Shown here: one piece after another, positions 7,909-16,620 of the stretch
How positions within the stretch are numbered: position 1 is the first letter of the stretch
Layout of the letters: every line of letters starts with the position of its first letter
Source: a candidate division WOR-3 bacterium
Lineage (GTDB): Bacteria > Hydrothermota > Hydrothermia > LBFQ01 > DSFT01
Direction: 5' to 3'
Length of the DNA: 38,509 bases
Assembly (NCBI GenBank): GCA_965649115.1
Contig: CBFGJN010000013.1
Coordinates: 1 to 38,509, forward strand
Notes under the pieces: generated by a model
What the model was told of the DNA's origin: nothing
Databases searched by the model: none
Seen by the model: the letters and a program-made list of their open reading frames with translations, nothing else
Translations under genes and position numbers: made by a program

Positions 7909-9600
7909 ATGAGAAAGTTAGATAAACCTACCAGAAAGGTTCCAACTATAAGACCTGGATTTAATTATATAACAATTCCACAAATGGTTGAAATAGCGTG
8001 TAATAATTTTTCAGATTATATAGCCTATAGCATAGTAAAAGATAATAAAATTTATAGCTTAACATTTGGACAGGTTTATGAATTGGTAAAAAAATTAGCA
8101 AGGTTTTTGAAGGAAATTGGATATGGAAAAGGAGATCATATTGCAATTCTATCTGAAAATAGACCAGAATGGCCTATCTCTTATTTTGCTATAAGTTGGA
8201 TTGGAGGAGTTGTAATTCCACTAGATGCAAGACTTGATATAGAAGCAATTAAATTTATTCTTTCATTCTCCGATACAAGTGGAATTATCGTTTCAAAAAA
8301 CTTCTATTCTGATATAAAAGATATTAAAGATGAACTTCCTAAATTAAGAAATATCATTTTGATGGAAGAATTTGATGATATTTCTAAAAAGTTTTCAAGT
8401 GGTGTTAATTATGAAAACATCAATTTAGATGATTTACTTGAAATTTTATTTACATCAGGAACAACAGGAGACCCCAAAGGTGTTATGCTAACCCACAAGA
8501 ACATTATATCAAATGTTTGTGATATTTATCAGATTATAAATTTTACACCAGAAGACAGATTATTTTCAATCCTGCCAATTCATCATTCTTATGAATGTAC
8601 AGTAGGAACAATTACACCATTTTATAATGGAACAAGTGTATTTTATGCAAGAAGTTTAAAACCATCCGAAATGTTAGAAGATCTAAAAATCGCTAAACCA
8701 ACATACTGGCTAAATGTTCCACTTATATTAGAAAAATTACTAATTAGAATAAATAAACAAATTTCTGAACAAAAAGGTGTAAAGAAAATAGTTGTAAATC
8801 TACTACCCAAGAAAATTCTTGGTAATCAAATTAAGAAACAATTAGGCCTTGAAAAAATAAAATATATTGTATCAGGAGGAGCAGCACTTCCAAGATGGGT
8901 AAGTGAAGGTTTAAGTGCTTATGGGCTTCCTATTATTCAAGGGTATGGTCTTTCCGAAGCATCACCGCTTGTTAGTGTTAATCCTCCTTCAAGACCAAAA
9001 AATGAAAGTGTAGGTATGGTTATTCCATCAGTTGATGTTAGAATTGTAGATGTTGATAGTGAAGGAAATGGAGAAATCTGGGTGAAAGGTCCAAATGTTA
9101 TGAAGGGATATTATAAAAATGAAAGTGCTACAAAAGAAGTTTTAACGGTTGATGGATGGCTAATAACAGGTGATATTGGATATTTTGATGAAGAAGGTTA
9201 TTTATACATAACAGGAAGAAAAAAATTTGTAATTGTAACGAAAGGTGGGAAAAATGTATTTCCAGAAGAGATTGAAGAAAAGTTAACGAAAAGCATATAC
9301 ATAGAAGAAGCACTTGTTTTTAGCCCTGATGATGAAAACATCCAAGCAATAATCTATCCAAACCTTGAAGAAGTTAGAATGAAACTTGAAAAAATTGGAC
9401 AAGAGTTTAATGATAATAATGTTTGGAATTTAATAAAGCAAGAAGTTGAAAAAGTTAATGAAACTCTTGAAGCATATAAGAAAATCAGACACTTTGCGAT
9501 AAGATATGAGGAATTTCCAAAAACTACAACAAGAAAAATAAAAAGGCACTTATTTAGAGCTTTAAGGTTAAGTCCAGATATTAAAGTTTTGAAAGACTAA
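7909..9600 (+). CDS. Long-chain fatty acid-CoA ligase (AMP-binding)
   Basis: FTSGTTGDPKG, GYGLSE, TGD..GR motifs. Confidence 0.9.
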   Translation: MRKLDKPTRKVPTIRPGFNYITIPQMVEIACNNFSDYIAYSIVKDNKIYSLTFGQVYELVKKLARFLKEIGYGKGDHIAILSENRPEWPISYFAISWIGGVVIPLDARLDIEAIKFILSFSDTSGIIVSKNFYSDIKDIKDELPKLRNIILMEEFDDISKKFSSGVNYENINLDDLLEILFTSGTTGDPKGVMLTHKNIISNVCDIYQIINFTPEDRLFSILPIHHSYECTVGTITPFYNGTSVFYARSLKPSEMLEDLKIAKPTYWLNVPLILEKLLIRINKQISEQKGVKKIVVNLLPKKILGNQIKKQLGLEKIKYIVSGGAALPRWVSEGLSAYGLPIIQGYGLSEASPLVSVNPPSRPKNESVGMVIPSVDVRIVDVDSEGNGEIWVKGPNVMKGYYKNESATKEVLTVDGWLITGDIGYFDEEGYLYITGRKKFVIVTKGGKNVFPEEIEEKLTKSIYIEEALVFSPDDENIQAIIYPNLEEVRMKLEKIGQEFNDNNVWNLIKQEVEKVNETLEAYKKIRHFAIRYEEFPKTTTRKIKRHLFRALRLSPDIKVLKD

Positions 9601-9690
9601 TAAAAAAGGCTTATTTTTAGGTTAAGAGTATAGTAAAATAAGGACTTCCAAAATTATTATGAAAAGCATCTTTATTTTGCATTACTGTTT

Positions 9691-9826
9691 ATTTATTGGG
9701 GGAATTGAGGGGAGCGAAGCCCCCCGAGGCATAAATATGGGCATTTATAAAGAAAGCAAAGCTTTATTCTCAGGGTGGGTGAGGAAATAAGAAATAATCT
9801 ATATTTCAGAATTATTGGACACAGCA
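9691..9826 (+). repeat. Intergenic element copy (right portion)
   Basis: GGGGAGC-GAA-GCCCCCC, AAAGC-AAA-GCTTT, CAGGGTGGGTG, terminal AATTATTGGACACAGCA. Confidence 0.88.
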
Positions 9827-9860
9827 CAAAAACTTTAAATTAAACCTTTAAAATTTTTAA

Positions 9861-10721
9861 ATGATTAATAAACCTCAATGGTTAAAAATAAAACTTGAAT
9901 ATAATGAAAAATTTTATGATATTAAAAGAACTCTAAGAGAAAAAAAGTTATACACAGTTTGTGAAGAAGCCAAATGTCCTAATATAAATGAATGTTGGTC
10001 CCATGGAACTGCTACAATTATGATTCTTGGAGATACATGTACAAGGGGTTGTAAGTTCTGTGCAGTAAAAACAGGCAATCCAAAAGGTTGGGTAGACCCC
10101 TTAGAACCCTTACATGTTGTTGAAACAATTAAACATTTAAAATTAAAATATGTAGTTTTAACAATGGTTGATAGAGACGATCTATTAGATGGAGGAGCTT
10201 TTCATGTTTATAGAACAGTTTTAGAAATTAGAAAAAACTTTCCCGATATAAAAATTGAAACATTAGTAGGAGATTTTCAAGGTAATGAAAATTCAATTAG
10301 CCTAATAGCAAATTCCCCAATTGATGTATTTGCACACAACATTGAAACAGTTGAAAGATTAACACCAATTGTTAGAGATCCAAGAGCAAGTTATAAGCAA
10401 TCATTATTTGTTTTGGAATATGCTAAGAAAGTTAATCCTAAAATTTTAACGAAAAGTTCAATAATGGTTGGACTTGGAGAAACGGAAGAAGAAGTTATCC
10501 AAACTATGAAAAATTTAAGAAGTGTTGGAGTTGATATACTTACAATCGGTCAATATCTACAACCTACAAAGAGACATTTAAATGTAGTTGAATATGTTCC
10601 ACCTTATAAATTTAAATGGTATAGAGAAATAGGACTTCAAATAGGATTTAAGGAAGTTTTTTCAGGACCTCTTGTTAGAAGTTCATATAGAGCTGAAAAG
10701 GTATTTTATGGTGAAGTTTGA
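9861..10721 (+). CDS. lipA: Lipoyl synthase
   Basis: CEEAKCPNINEC and CTRGCKFC clusters; C-terminal RSSY. Confidence 0.96.
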   Translation: MINKPQWLKIKLEYNEKFYDIKRTLREKKLYTVCEEAKCPNINECWSHGTATIMILGDTCTRGCKFCAVKTGNPKGWVDPLEPLHVVETIKHLKLKYVVLTMVDRDDLLDGGAFHVYRTVLEIRKNFPDIKIETLVGDFQGNENSISLIANSPIDVFAHNIETVERLTPIVRDPRASYKQSLFVLEYAKKVNPKILTKSSIMVGLGETEEEVIQTMKNLRSVGVDILTIGQYLQPTKRHLNVVEYVPPYKFKWYREIGLQIGFKEVFSGPLVRSSYRAEKVFYGEV

Positions 10722-11292
10722 AGCCCAGTCAAGACTACCAACAATTTATGGTGAATTTATAATTAGAGCTTATAGCGAAGATAATAAAGAACATTTAGCA
10801 CTCATAATGGGAGAATTGAAAAATGGTATTATTGTTAGAATTCATTCTCAGTGTATAACAGGTGAAGTATTTGGTTCATTAAGGTGTGATTGCGGATTTC
10901 AATTAAATTATGCTTTAAAAAGAATTTCAGAAGAAAAAAGCGGAATTTTGATTTATTTAAGTCAAGAAGGGAGAGGAATAGGACTTATAAATAAAATAAA
11001 AGCATATTCTTTACAAGATTTAGGCTATGATACTGTTTCAGCAAATCATCAACTTGGATTTGAAAGTGATTTAAGAAACTATAAACCTGCATTTGAAATT
11101 CTAAAAGATTTAGGAATAAATGAAATAAGACTTATGACAAATAATCCAAATAAAATAAAAGAACTTGAACTTTATGGGATAAAAATTATTGAAAGAATCC
11201 CAATTTTTACAAAAGCTAATGAATATAATAGAAATTACATTTTAACGAAAATTAAAAAACTTGGTCATCTTATTGATGAGCATCAAATTTAA
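10708..11292 (+). CDS. ribA: GTP cyclohydrolase II
   Basis: RIHSQCITGEVFGSLRCDCG, QEGRGIGL, TNNP. Likely start is ATG 10708, not 10672. Confidence 0.95.
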   Translation: MVKFEAQSRLPTIYGEFIIRAYSEDNKEHLALIMGELKNGIIVRIHSQCITGEVFGSLRCDCGFQLNYALKRISEEKSGILIYLSQEGRGIGLINKIKAYSLQDLGYDTVSANHQLGFESDLRNYKPAFEILKDLGINEIRLMTNNPNKIKELELYGIKIIERIPIFTKANEYNRNYILTKIKKLGHLIDEHQI

Positions 11293-11503
11293 TATGTCAA
11301 ATTAAAATTTTTAAAATTTTATAAGTTATTGAAAATCAATAATTTATTTAATTTAGCAAAATAAAATATCTTCAAAATGTCAAATTAATTTAATTTTATA
11401 AAGTTCCAATAAAAACGAGAATTTTATTAATTTATCAAATTAAAAATAGAAAATTTTAAATCGTCTCTTTGAGCTTAATTTTTCTATGCTTTAAAATTTG
11501 AAA

Positions 11504-12355
11504 ATGATTTTTCAAAACGAATTACTTAAAAATCACACAACATTCAAAATTGGTGGATATGTAAAGTTTTTTTCAAGACCAAAAAATCTAGAAGATTTAA
11601 TTTATATTGTCAAATTATCCAAAGATAAAAATTTAAGAATAATTCCAATATCAAATGGTTCTGATATTATTTTTCCAGATTATGAATTAGATGCTATTGT
11701 TATAAAATTAGATGAAATGAAAGGAATAAATGTAAATGATGATATTGTAGAGATTTTTTCAGGTGAAGGATTACCAAAAGTAGCGATATATTTAGAAAAT
11801 TATGGTTTAAGTGGTTTTGAATATCTTTATGGAATTCCAGGAAAAATTGGGGGTGCAGTTTGTAAGAATGCTGGTGCTTATGGTGTTGAAATAAAAAATT
11901 TATTATTAAAGGCATTTGTTGTTAATTGGGATGGGGAACTTATTGAATTAAATTCAAGTGAATTAAATTTAAGATATAGAGAATCTGATTTATTGAAATA
12001 TGGTATTCTATATAAAGCCATCTTCAAACTTAAAAAAGATAGACCTGAAAATATAAGAGAAAGAAGAGAGGAATTTTCTGAGATAAGAAAAAAAACACAA
12101 CCTTATGGAATTCCAACTGCTGGTTGTATGTTTAAAAATCCAAATGGAAATAGTGCTGGAAAGCTTATAGAAAGCGTAGGGCTTAAAGGTTTTAGAATTG
12201 GTGATATAAAAATATCTGAAAAACATGCTAATTTCTTTATAAATTTAGGAGATGGAAGAGCGGAAGATGTTTTGAAACTTATGGAGATTGCTAAAAAAAG
12301 AGTATATGAAGAATATGGAATTATTCTTGAAGAGGAGGTTGTAATTATAAAATGA
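11504..12355 (+). CDS. murB: UDP-N-acetylenolpyruvoylglucosamine reductase
   Basis: HTTFKIGG, GIPG.IGGAV.NAGAYG, AGCMFKNP, KHANF. ATG 11504 is 6 nt after TAAAAT. Confidence 0.93.
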   Translation: MIFQNELLKNHTTFKIGGYVKFFSRPKNLEDLIYIVKLSKDKNLRIIPISNGSDIIFPDYELDAIVIKLDEMKGINVNDDIVEIFSGEGLPKVAIYLENYGLSGFEYLYGIPGKIGGAVCKNAGAYGVEIKNLLLKAFVVNWDGELIELNSSELNLRYRESDLLKYGILYKAIFKLKKDRPENIRERREEFSEIRKKTQPYGIPTAGCMFKNPNGNSAGKLIESVGLKGFRIGDIKISEKHANFFINLGDGRAEDVLKLMEIAKKRVYEEYGIILEEEVVIIK

Positions 12356-13584
12356 AGGAGTACGTAATAGCAATTGATTTAGGCTCAGGTTATATCAAGG
12401 CAGGACTTGGTTATAATTCAGAAGAGGGTCCTGAAATTATTGCAATATGCGAAGTTCCATCTATAGGTATAAGGAATGGACTAATCATAAATACTCAAAA
12501 AGCAAGTGAATCAATTAAAAAATCAATTTACAATTTAAAGAATATGACTAATTTTGAAAAATTTGAATATCTACCTGTTGTAGTTGGAATAAATGGAAAA
12601 AATATATTTTCTGCTAAAAGTTCAAATGGTATGATTTCAATAAGAAATAATAAACCAATAGATGAAAACGATATTAAGAAAGTTATTGAACAAGCAAAAA
12701 TTGCAGCAGTTATTCCAAGTGAGCATGAAGTAATTTATATACATCCTAACAATTTCATTGTAGATAGTCATAGAAATATAAAAAATCCAATAGGAATGTT
12801 TGGTAGGAGGCTTGAGGTTGAAACTTATGTAGTTAGTGTTGAATCATTAATGATAAAAAACATAAAGACTGTTCTAAATAACGCAGGTATCGCTGATGCT
12901 CAAATTTATTTAAATCCAATTGCTCAAAAATATGGAATTTTAGATGAAGAAGAAACAAATGAAAGTATAATTATAATTGATATTGGAAAGAACCTCTCTA
13001 CAATATCTCTTTGGAATGGGGATTCCTTAGTTTATTTAGGAACTTATGAACAAGGATTAAACATAACTATTGAAGAAATAGCAAAAGATATTTCAATACC
13101 GAAAAATTTAAGTGAAAAAATTTTAAAAACTGTTGGAGTGCCAAATCTATATCAGTTTGACTATGAAGATAATGAAATTGAAATTTATGATGAGAAAAGA
13201 AATGAAACAGTTAAAGTTAGCACTAGAAGAATAGCCAGCATTATAGCTGAAATTTTATCATCTATATTTACAAGAATTTATTCAGATATTGAAAAGGCAG
13301 GCTTTTTCAAGAATTCACCAGTTCCAATAATATACTTATCAGGTGGTGTCGCTCAAATTGAAGGAATTTCTCAAATTGTAGAAAATATATTCAATTTACC
13401 TGCATATATTGCCAAACCTTCAATAAAAGTAAATGATACGAAGTACTTAAATCCAAGATACATAACGATTGCAGGATTAATAAAGCTTTATTTTGAGAAA
13501 CCCAAGGATAAAATTACAAAAAGTGAAACAAAAGAAAATGTTTTATTAAAGCTTTTTAATAAATTAAAGGAAATTATAGAATAA
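12352..13584 (+). CDS. ftsA: Cell division protein FtsA
   Basis: IDLGS, KNPIGMFGRRLE, DIG, SGG actin-like motifs; directly upstream of ftsZ. Confidence 0.9.
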   Translation: MKEYVIAIDLGSGYIKAGLGYNSEEGPEIIAICEVPSIGIRNGLIINTQKASESIKKSIYNLKNMTNFEKFEYLPVVVGINGKNIFSAKSSNGMISIRNNKPIDENDIKKVIEQAKIAAVIPSEHEVIYIHPNNFIVDSHRNIKNPIGMFGRRLEVETYVVSVESLMIKNIKTVLNNAGIADAQIYLNPIAQKYGILDEEETNESIIIIDIGKNLSTISLWNGDSLVYLGTYEQGLNITIEEIAKDISIPKNLSEKILKTVGVPNLYQFDYEDNEIEIYDEKRNETVKVSTRRIASIIAEILSSIFTRIYSDIEKAGFFKNSPVPIIYLSGGVAQIEGISQIVENIFNLPAYIAKPSIKVNDTKYLNPRYITIAGLIKLYFEKPKDKITKSETKENVLLKLFNKLKEIIE

Positions 13585-13599
13585 GAAGGAGGTAGATGT

Positions 13600-14688
13600 A
13601 TGATAAGGGAAGATTTTCCAGAAGTATATTATCCGCATTCGGGAGAAGATGTAAAAATAGCAGTTATTGGTGTTGGTGGAGGAGGAACAAATGCTCTAAA
13701 CTACATGATAAAGAAAGGGATAGAAGGCGTAATAACAATTGCTGCTAATACAGATATTCAACACCTCGGAGATTCACCTGCTGAGTACAAATTACAACTT
13801 GGCAAAAGTTTAGCAAAAGGAAGAGGGGCTGGTGCTGATCCGGAAAAAGGAAAAAAAGCAGCAGAAGAAAGCATAGAAGAAATTAAAGAAATAATAAGAG
13901 ATGTTGATGTTGTAATAATAGCAGCGGGAATGGGTGGTGGCACGGGAACAGGAGCCTCACCTGTTATAGCAAAAATTTCAAAAGAAATGGAAAAATTAAC
14001 AATTGCAGTAGTAACAAAACCATTTACAAGTGAAGGACCAAGCAGAATGAAAAAAGCATTAAAAGGTATATCAGAACTTTCCCAAAATGTTGATTCAATA
14101 ATTGTAATATCTAATGATGAAGTTATAAAGAGAAAAGAATTAAAATTTATTCAAGCATTATCTCTTGCAGATGAAGTTTTATACAAAACTGTTAAATCAA
14201 TTGTAGATATTATCACAAAACCAAGCTATATAAATGTTGATTTAGAAGATGTGAAAACAATTTTAAGAAATAGTGGTTATGCTATTGTTTCAGAAGGTAT
14301 TGGTAGAGGTGAAAGAAGGGCAGAAGAAGCACTTAAAAAGGCACTTGAAAATCCTTTAATTGATAATGTAAAAAGCATACAAGGTGCAAAAGGTATATTA
14401 TTAAACATTCATTCAAGTCCAGAAAATAGTGAGCATTCAATAAAAACAGAAGAAGTTAATTATATTTTAACGGGAATTTACAACGCTGCTTCAAGGGGAA
14501 GAACTGATGTTGAAATTATTTTTGGATTTACATTTGATGATAGTTTAAATGATGAAATTAGAATTATTTTAATAGCAGCAGGAATGGATACAGTTAAAGT
14601 TTCTCATCAACAACAAAATCCTAACATTATAATTCCAAGATATAGAACTAATTCCTTTATTATTTCTGATGAAATAGAGGAGGCATGA
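13600..14688 (+). CDS. ftsZ: Cell division protein FtsZ
   Basis: GVGGGG, NTD, GGGTGTG tubulin signature, INVD T7 loop. Confidence 0.96.
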   Translation: MIREDFPEVYYPHSGEDVKIAVIGVGGGGTNALNYMIKKGIEGVITIAANTDIQHLGDSPAEYKLQLGKSLAKGRGAGADPEKGKKAAEESIEEIKEIIRDVDVVIIAAGMGGGTGTGASPVIAKISKEMEKLTIAVVTKPFTSEGPSRMKKALKGISELSQNVDSIIVISNDEVIKRKELKFIQALSLADEVLYKTVKSIVDIITKPSYINVDLEDVKTILRNSGYAIVSEGIGRGERRAEEALKKALENPLIDNVKSIQGAKGILLNIHSSPENSEHSIKTEEVNYILTGIYNAASRGRTDVEIIFGFTFDDSLNDEIRIILIAAGMDTVKVSHQQQNPNIIIPRYRTNSFIISDEIEEA

Positions 14689-15767
14689 TTATTGAAGAAG
14701 GCAAAGGTAAATTTATAAAGCCTGAAAAAAAAGGATTATTTTATAATCCAAGAGGAAAATTATCAAGAGAACTTGGAATAGCTATTTTAAGAGCTGAAAA
14801 AGAAATAAAAAATGATATTAGTGTTTTTGAATGTATGGCAGGTATTGGTTTTAGAACAATAAGGTACTATTTAGAAGCAAATATAAAAAACATTTGGGCA
14901 AACGAAGCTAACGAAGAAGCAATAAAAATTTTAGAAGAAAATTTAAAATTAAATAGTATTAATGATGTTAAAATTACTAACTTTGAAGCAAAAAAAATTC
15001 TATTGGAAAATGCACTAAATGGAAATAGATTTGATTTTATAGATTTAGATAGTTTTGGTTCTCCTTCTGAATTTATTTTTAGTGTTATAATGGCTCTTAA
15101 ATTGGAAGGTGTTATTTATTTTACTTCAACAGATGGATTTACACTATGTGGTTTGAAACAAAAAGCAAGTATTAGAAATTACGGTGTTCATTCAATAAAT
15201 AGTAAATTTTGTCATGAACTTGGTGCAAGAATTTTAATAAGCACATTTATGAAGATAGCAGGAAATTTAAATATGCATTTTGAACCTTTAATTAGTTTGT
15301 TTGATGGATATTCTTGGAGAATTGCATTGAGACTTAAAAGGGGTGTTGAGAATGCAAATTTTGATAAATTTGGATATGTTTTATATGAGCCAACAACAAA
15401 AGCTTTTAAAATTTTTAAAGATAATCATATTGAAGGTAAGGGATTAGTATCGGGACCTGTTTATCTTGGTGAAATTCATCAAAAACATTATATTGATAAA
15501 TTAATTGAGGTTTCAAAAGAATTTGATGATTTAAGAAAAATTCTTGAAAAAATTAAAAATGAAGAAAATGTCCCGTTTTTTTATGATTATCAAGAAATTT
15601 GTGATGTTATCTCTGTGAGCCCACCCCCAAGAAAAAAAATAATAAAAAAATTAAAAAACCTTGGCTACTTAGTAAGTGAAACTCATTTTAGCCCTTATGG
15701 AATAAAAACAAATGCGAATTATGAAGAATTTGTCAAAGTTTTAAAGATGTTAGTTGAAAAAAATTAA
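14685..15767 (+). CDS. trm1: tRNA (guanine-26 N2,N2)-dimethyltransferase, Trm1 family
   Basis: FYNP...SR, AGIGFRTIRY SAM motif, IDLDSFGSP, HELGARIL, THF.P.GIKTNA. Confidence 0.85.
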   Translation: MIIEEGKGKFIKPEKKGLFYNPRGKLSRELGIAILRAEKEIKNDISVFECMAGIGFRTIRYYLEANIKNIWANEANEEAIKILEENLKLNSINDVKITNFEAKKILLENALNGNRFDFIDLDSFGSPSEFIFSVIMALKLEGVIYFTSTDGFTLCGLKQKASIRNYGVHSINSKFCHELGARILISTFMKIAGNLNMHFEPLISLFDGYSWRIALRLKRGVENANFDKFGYVLYEPTTKAFKIFKDNHIEGKGLVSGPVYLGEIHQKHYIDKLIEVSKEFDDLRKILEKIKNEENVPFFYDYQEICDVISVSPPPRKKIIKKLKNLGYLVSETHFSPYGIKTNANYEEFVKVLKMLVEKN

Positions 15768-15770
15768 GAA

Positions 15771-15850
15771 ACTATTGATTTTATAGAGAGACTTATGGGG
15801 GGCGAAGTTCAAGCCAAAGGCTTATTTTTGGATGGTTGTGAAAATATATA
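15771..15850 (+). repeat. Degenerate intergenic element fragment
   Basis: TATGGGGGGCGAAGTTCAAGCCAAAGGCTTATTT resembles 7783-7815. Confidence 0.7.
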
Positions 15851-15893
15851 TTCTAAAAAAATTATTAAAATTGTTGAAAACTATGTTAAGTAA
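15831..15893 (+). pseudogene. 3'-end remnant of a copy of the DUF5618-like gene
   Basis: 15856-15891 is identical (36 bp) to 7719-7754; reads DGCENIYSKKIIKIVENYVK* versus DGFEKVEKIIKIVENYVK*. Confidence 0.7.
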
Positions 15894-16260
15894 TAACAAT
15901 AAAAAACTTATTAAAGGACATTAAATCACCAATAAAAACAATTTTATCTTTATTTTCAATCAAAACAATTTCTCCAAAATTATAGACCTTATATAACTTT
16001 TCAAAATTTCTAAAATCATATGGGAAATTAAAGTCAAGAATAAGATTAGGATTAAAATCACTTATAGCGGTTTTTAATTCTTCCTCCCAATTTAGAAATT
16101 TTGGATTTATAATAATTACATTAAAACCAAGTCTGCGAGCATACTCATTAAATTTAGATTTTTTATCTATTGAAAATGCGAATGTTCTTTCAAATGTTAA
16201 GTTTTTAAGCATCTTAAAAACAATATCATCATCACCATAACCTATTATTGCAATTTTCAT
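15886..16260 (-). CDS. Hypothetical protein, weak resemblance to formyltransferase (PurN) N-terminal fold
   Basis: MKIAIIG...ARRLG...EEELK.....NPNLIL pattern; TATAAT 10 nt upstream of ATG 16260; no catalytic HP motif. Confidence 0.45.
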   Translation of the reverse strand: MKIAIIGYGDDDIVFKMLKNLTFERTFAFSIDKKSKFNEYARRLGFNVIIINPKFLNWEEELKTAISDFNPNLILDFNFPYDFRNFEKLYKVYNFGEIVLIENKDKIVFIGDLMSFNKFFIVIT

Positions 16261-16305
16261 AGTTTTGAAAATTATAAAGTTGAATACACTATCTTTCTTC
16301 GGCAT

Positions 16306-16382
16306 AGGGGGGCAGAGCCCCCTCTAAGTTTTTTATAAGTTATTGATATTCAAGAACTTAACACTACTTACTAGACAAAGCA
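16306..16382 (-). repeat. Intergenic element fragment (left portion)
   Basis: GGGGGC-AGA-GCCCCC, TAAGTTATTGATATTCAAGAACTTA palindrome, TTACTAGACAAAGCA terminus. Confidence 0.85.
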
Positions 16383-16620
16383 TTCCTATATTAACGTCCC
16401 CTTCAATAACCCCCTAATCTGAAATCAAAATTTAAACAAGAAAAAATCATAACCTTTTGTTTAAAAAATTGAAAAATTTTGAATACAGATGGCAAAAAAT
16501 TTTTTATGATATTAGAATAGTAGATTTTATTATACTTCCAGAGACTTGAAAATTCACTCCTTTTTAGAATAAAATTTTCGCTATGACAAAAATAACCTTT
16601 TATAAAAGGGGGGAAAGAGT

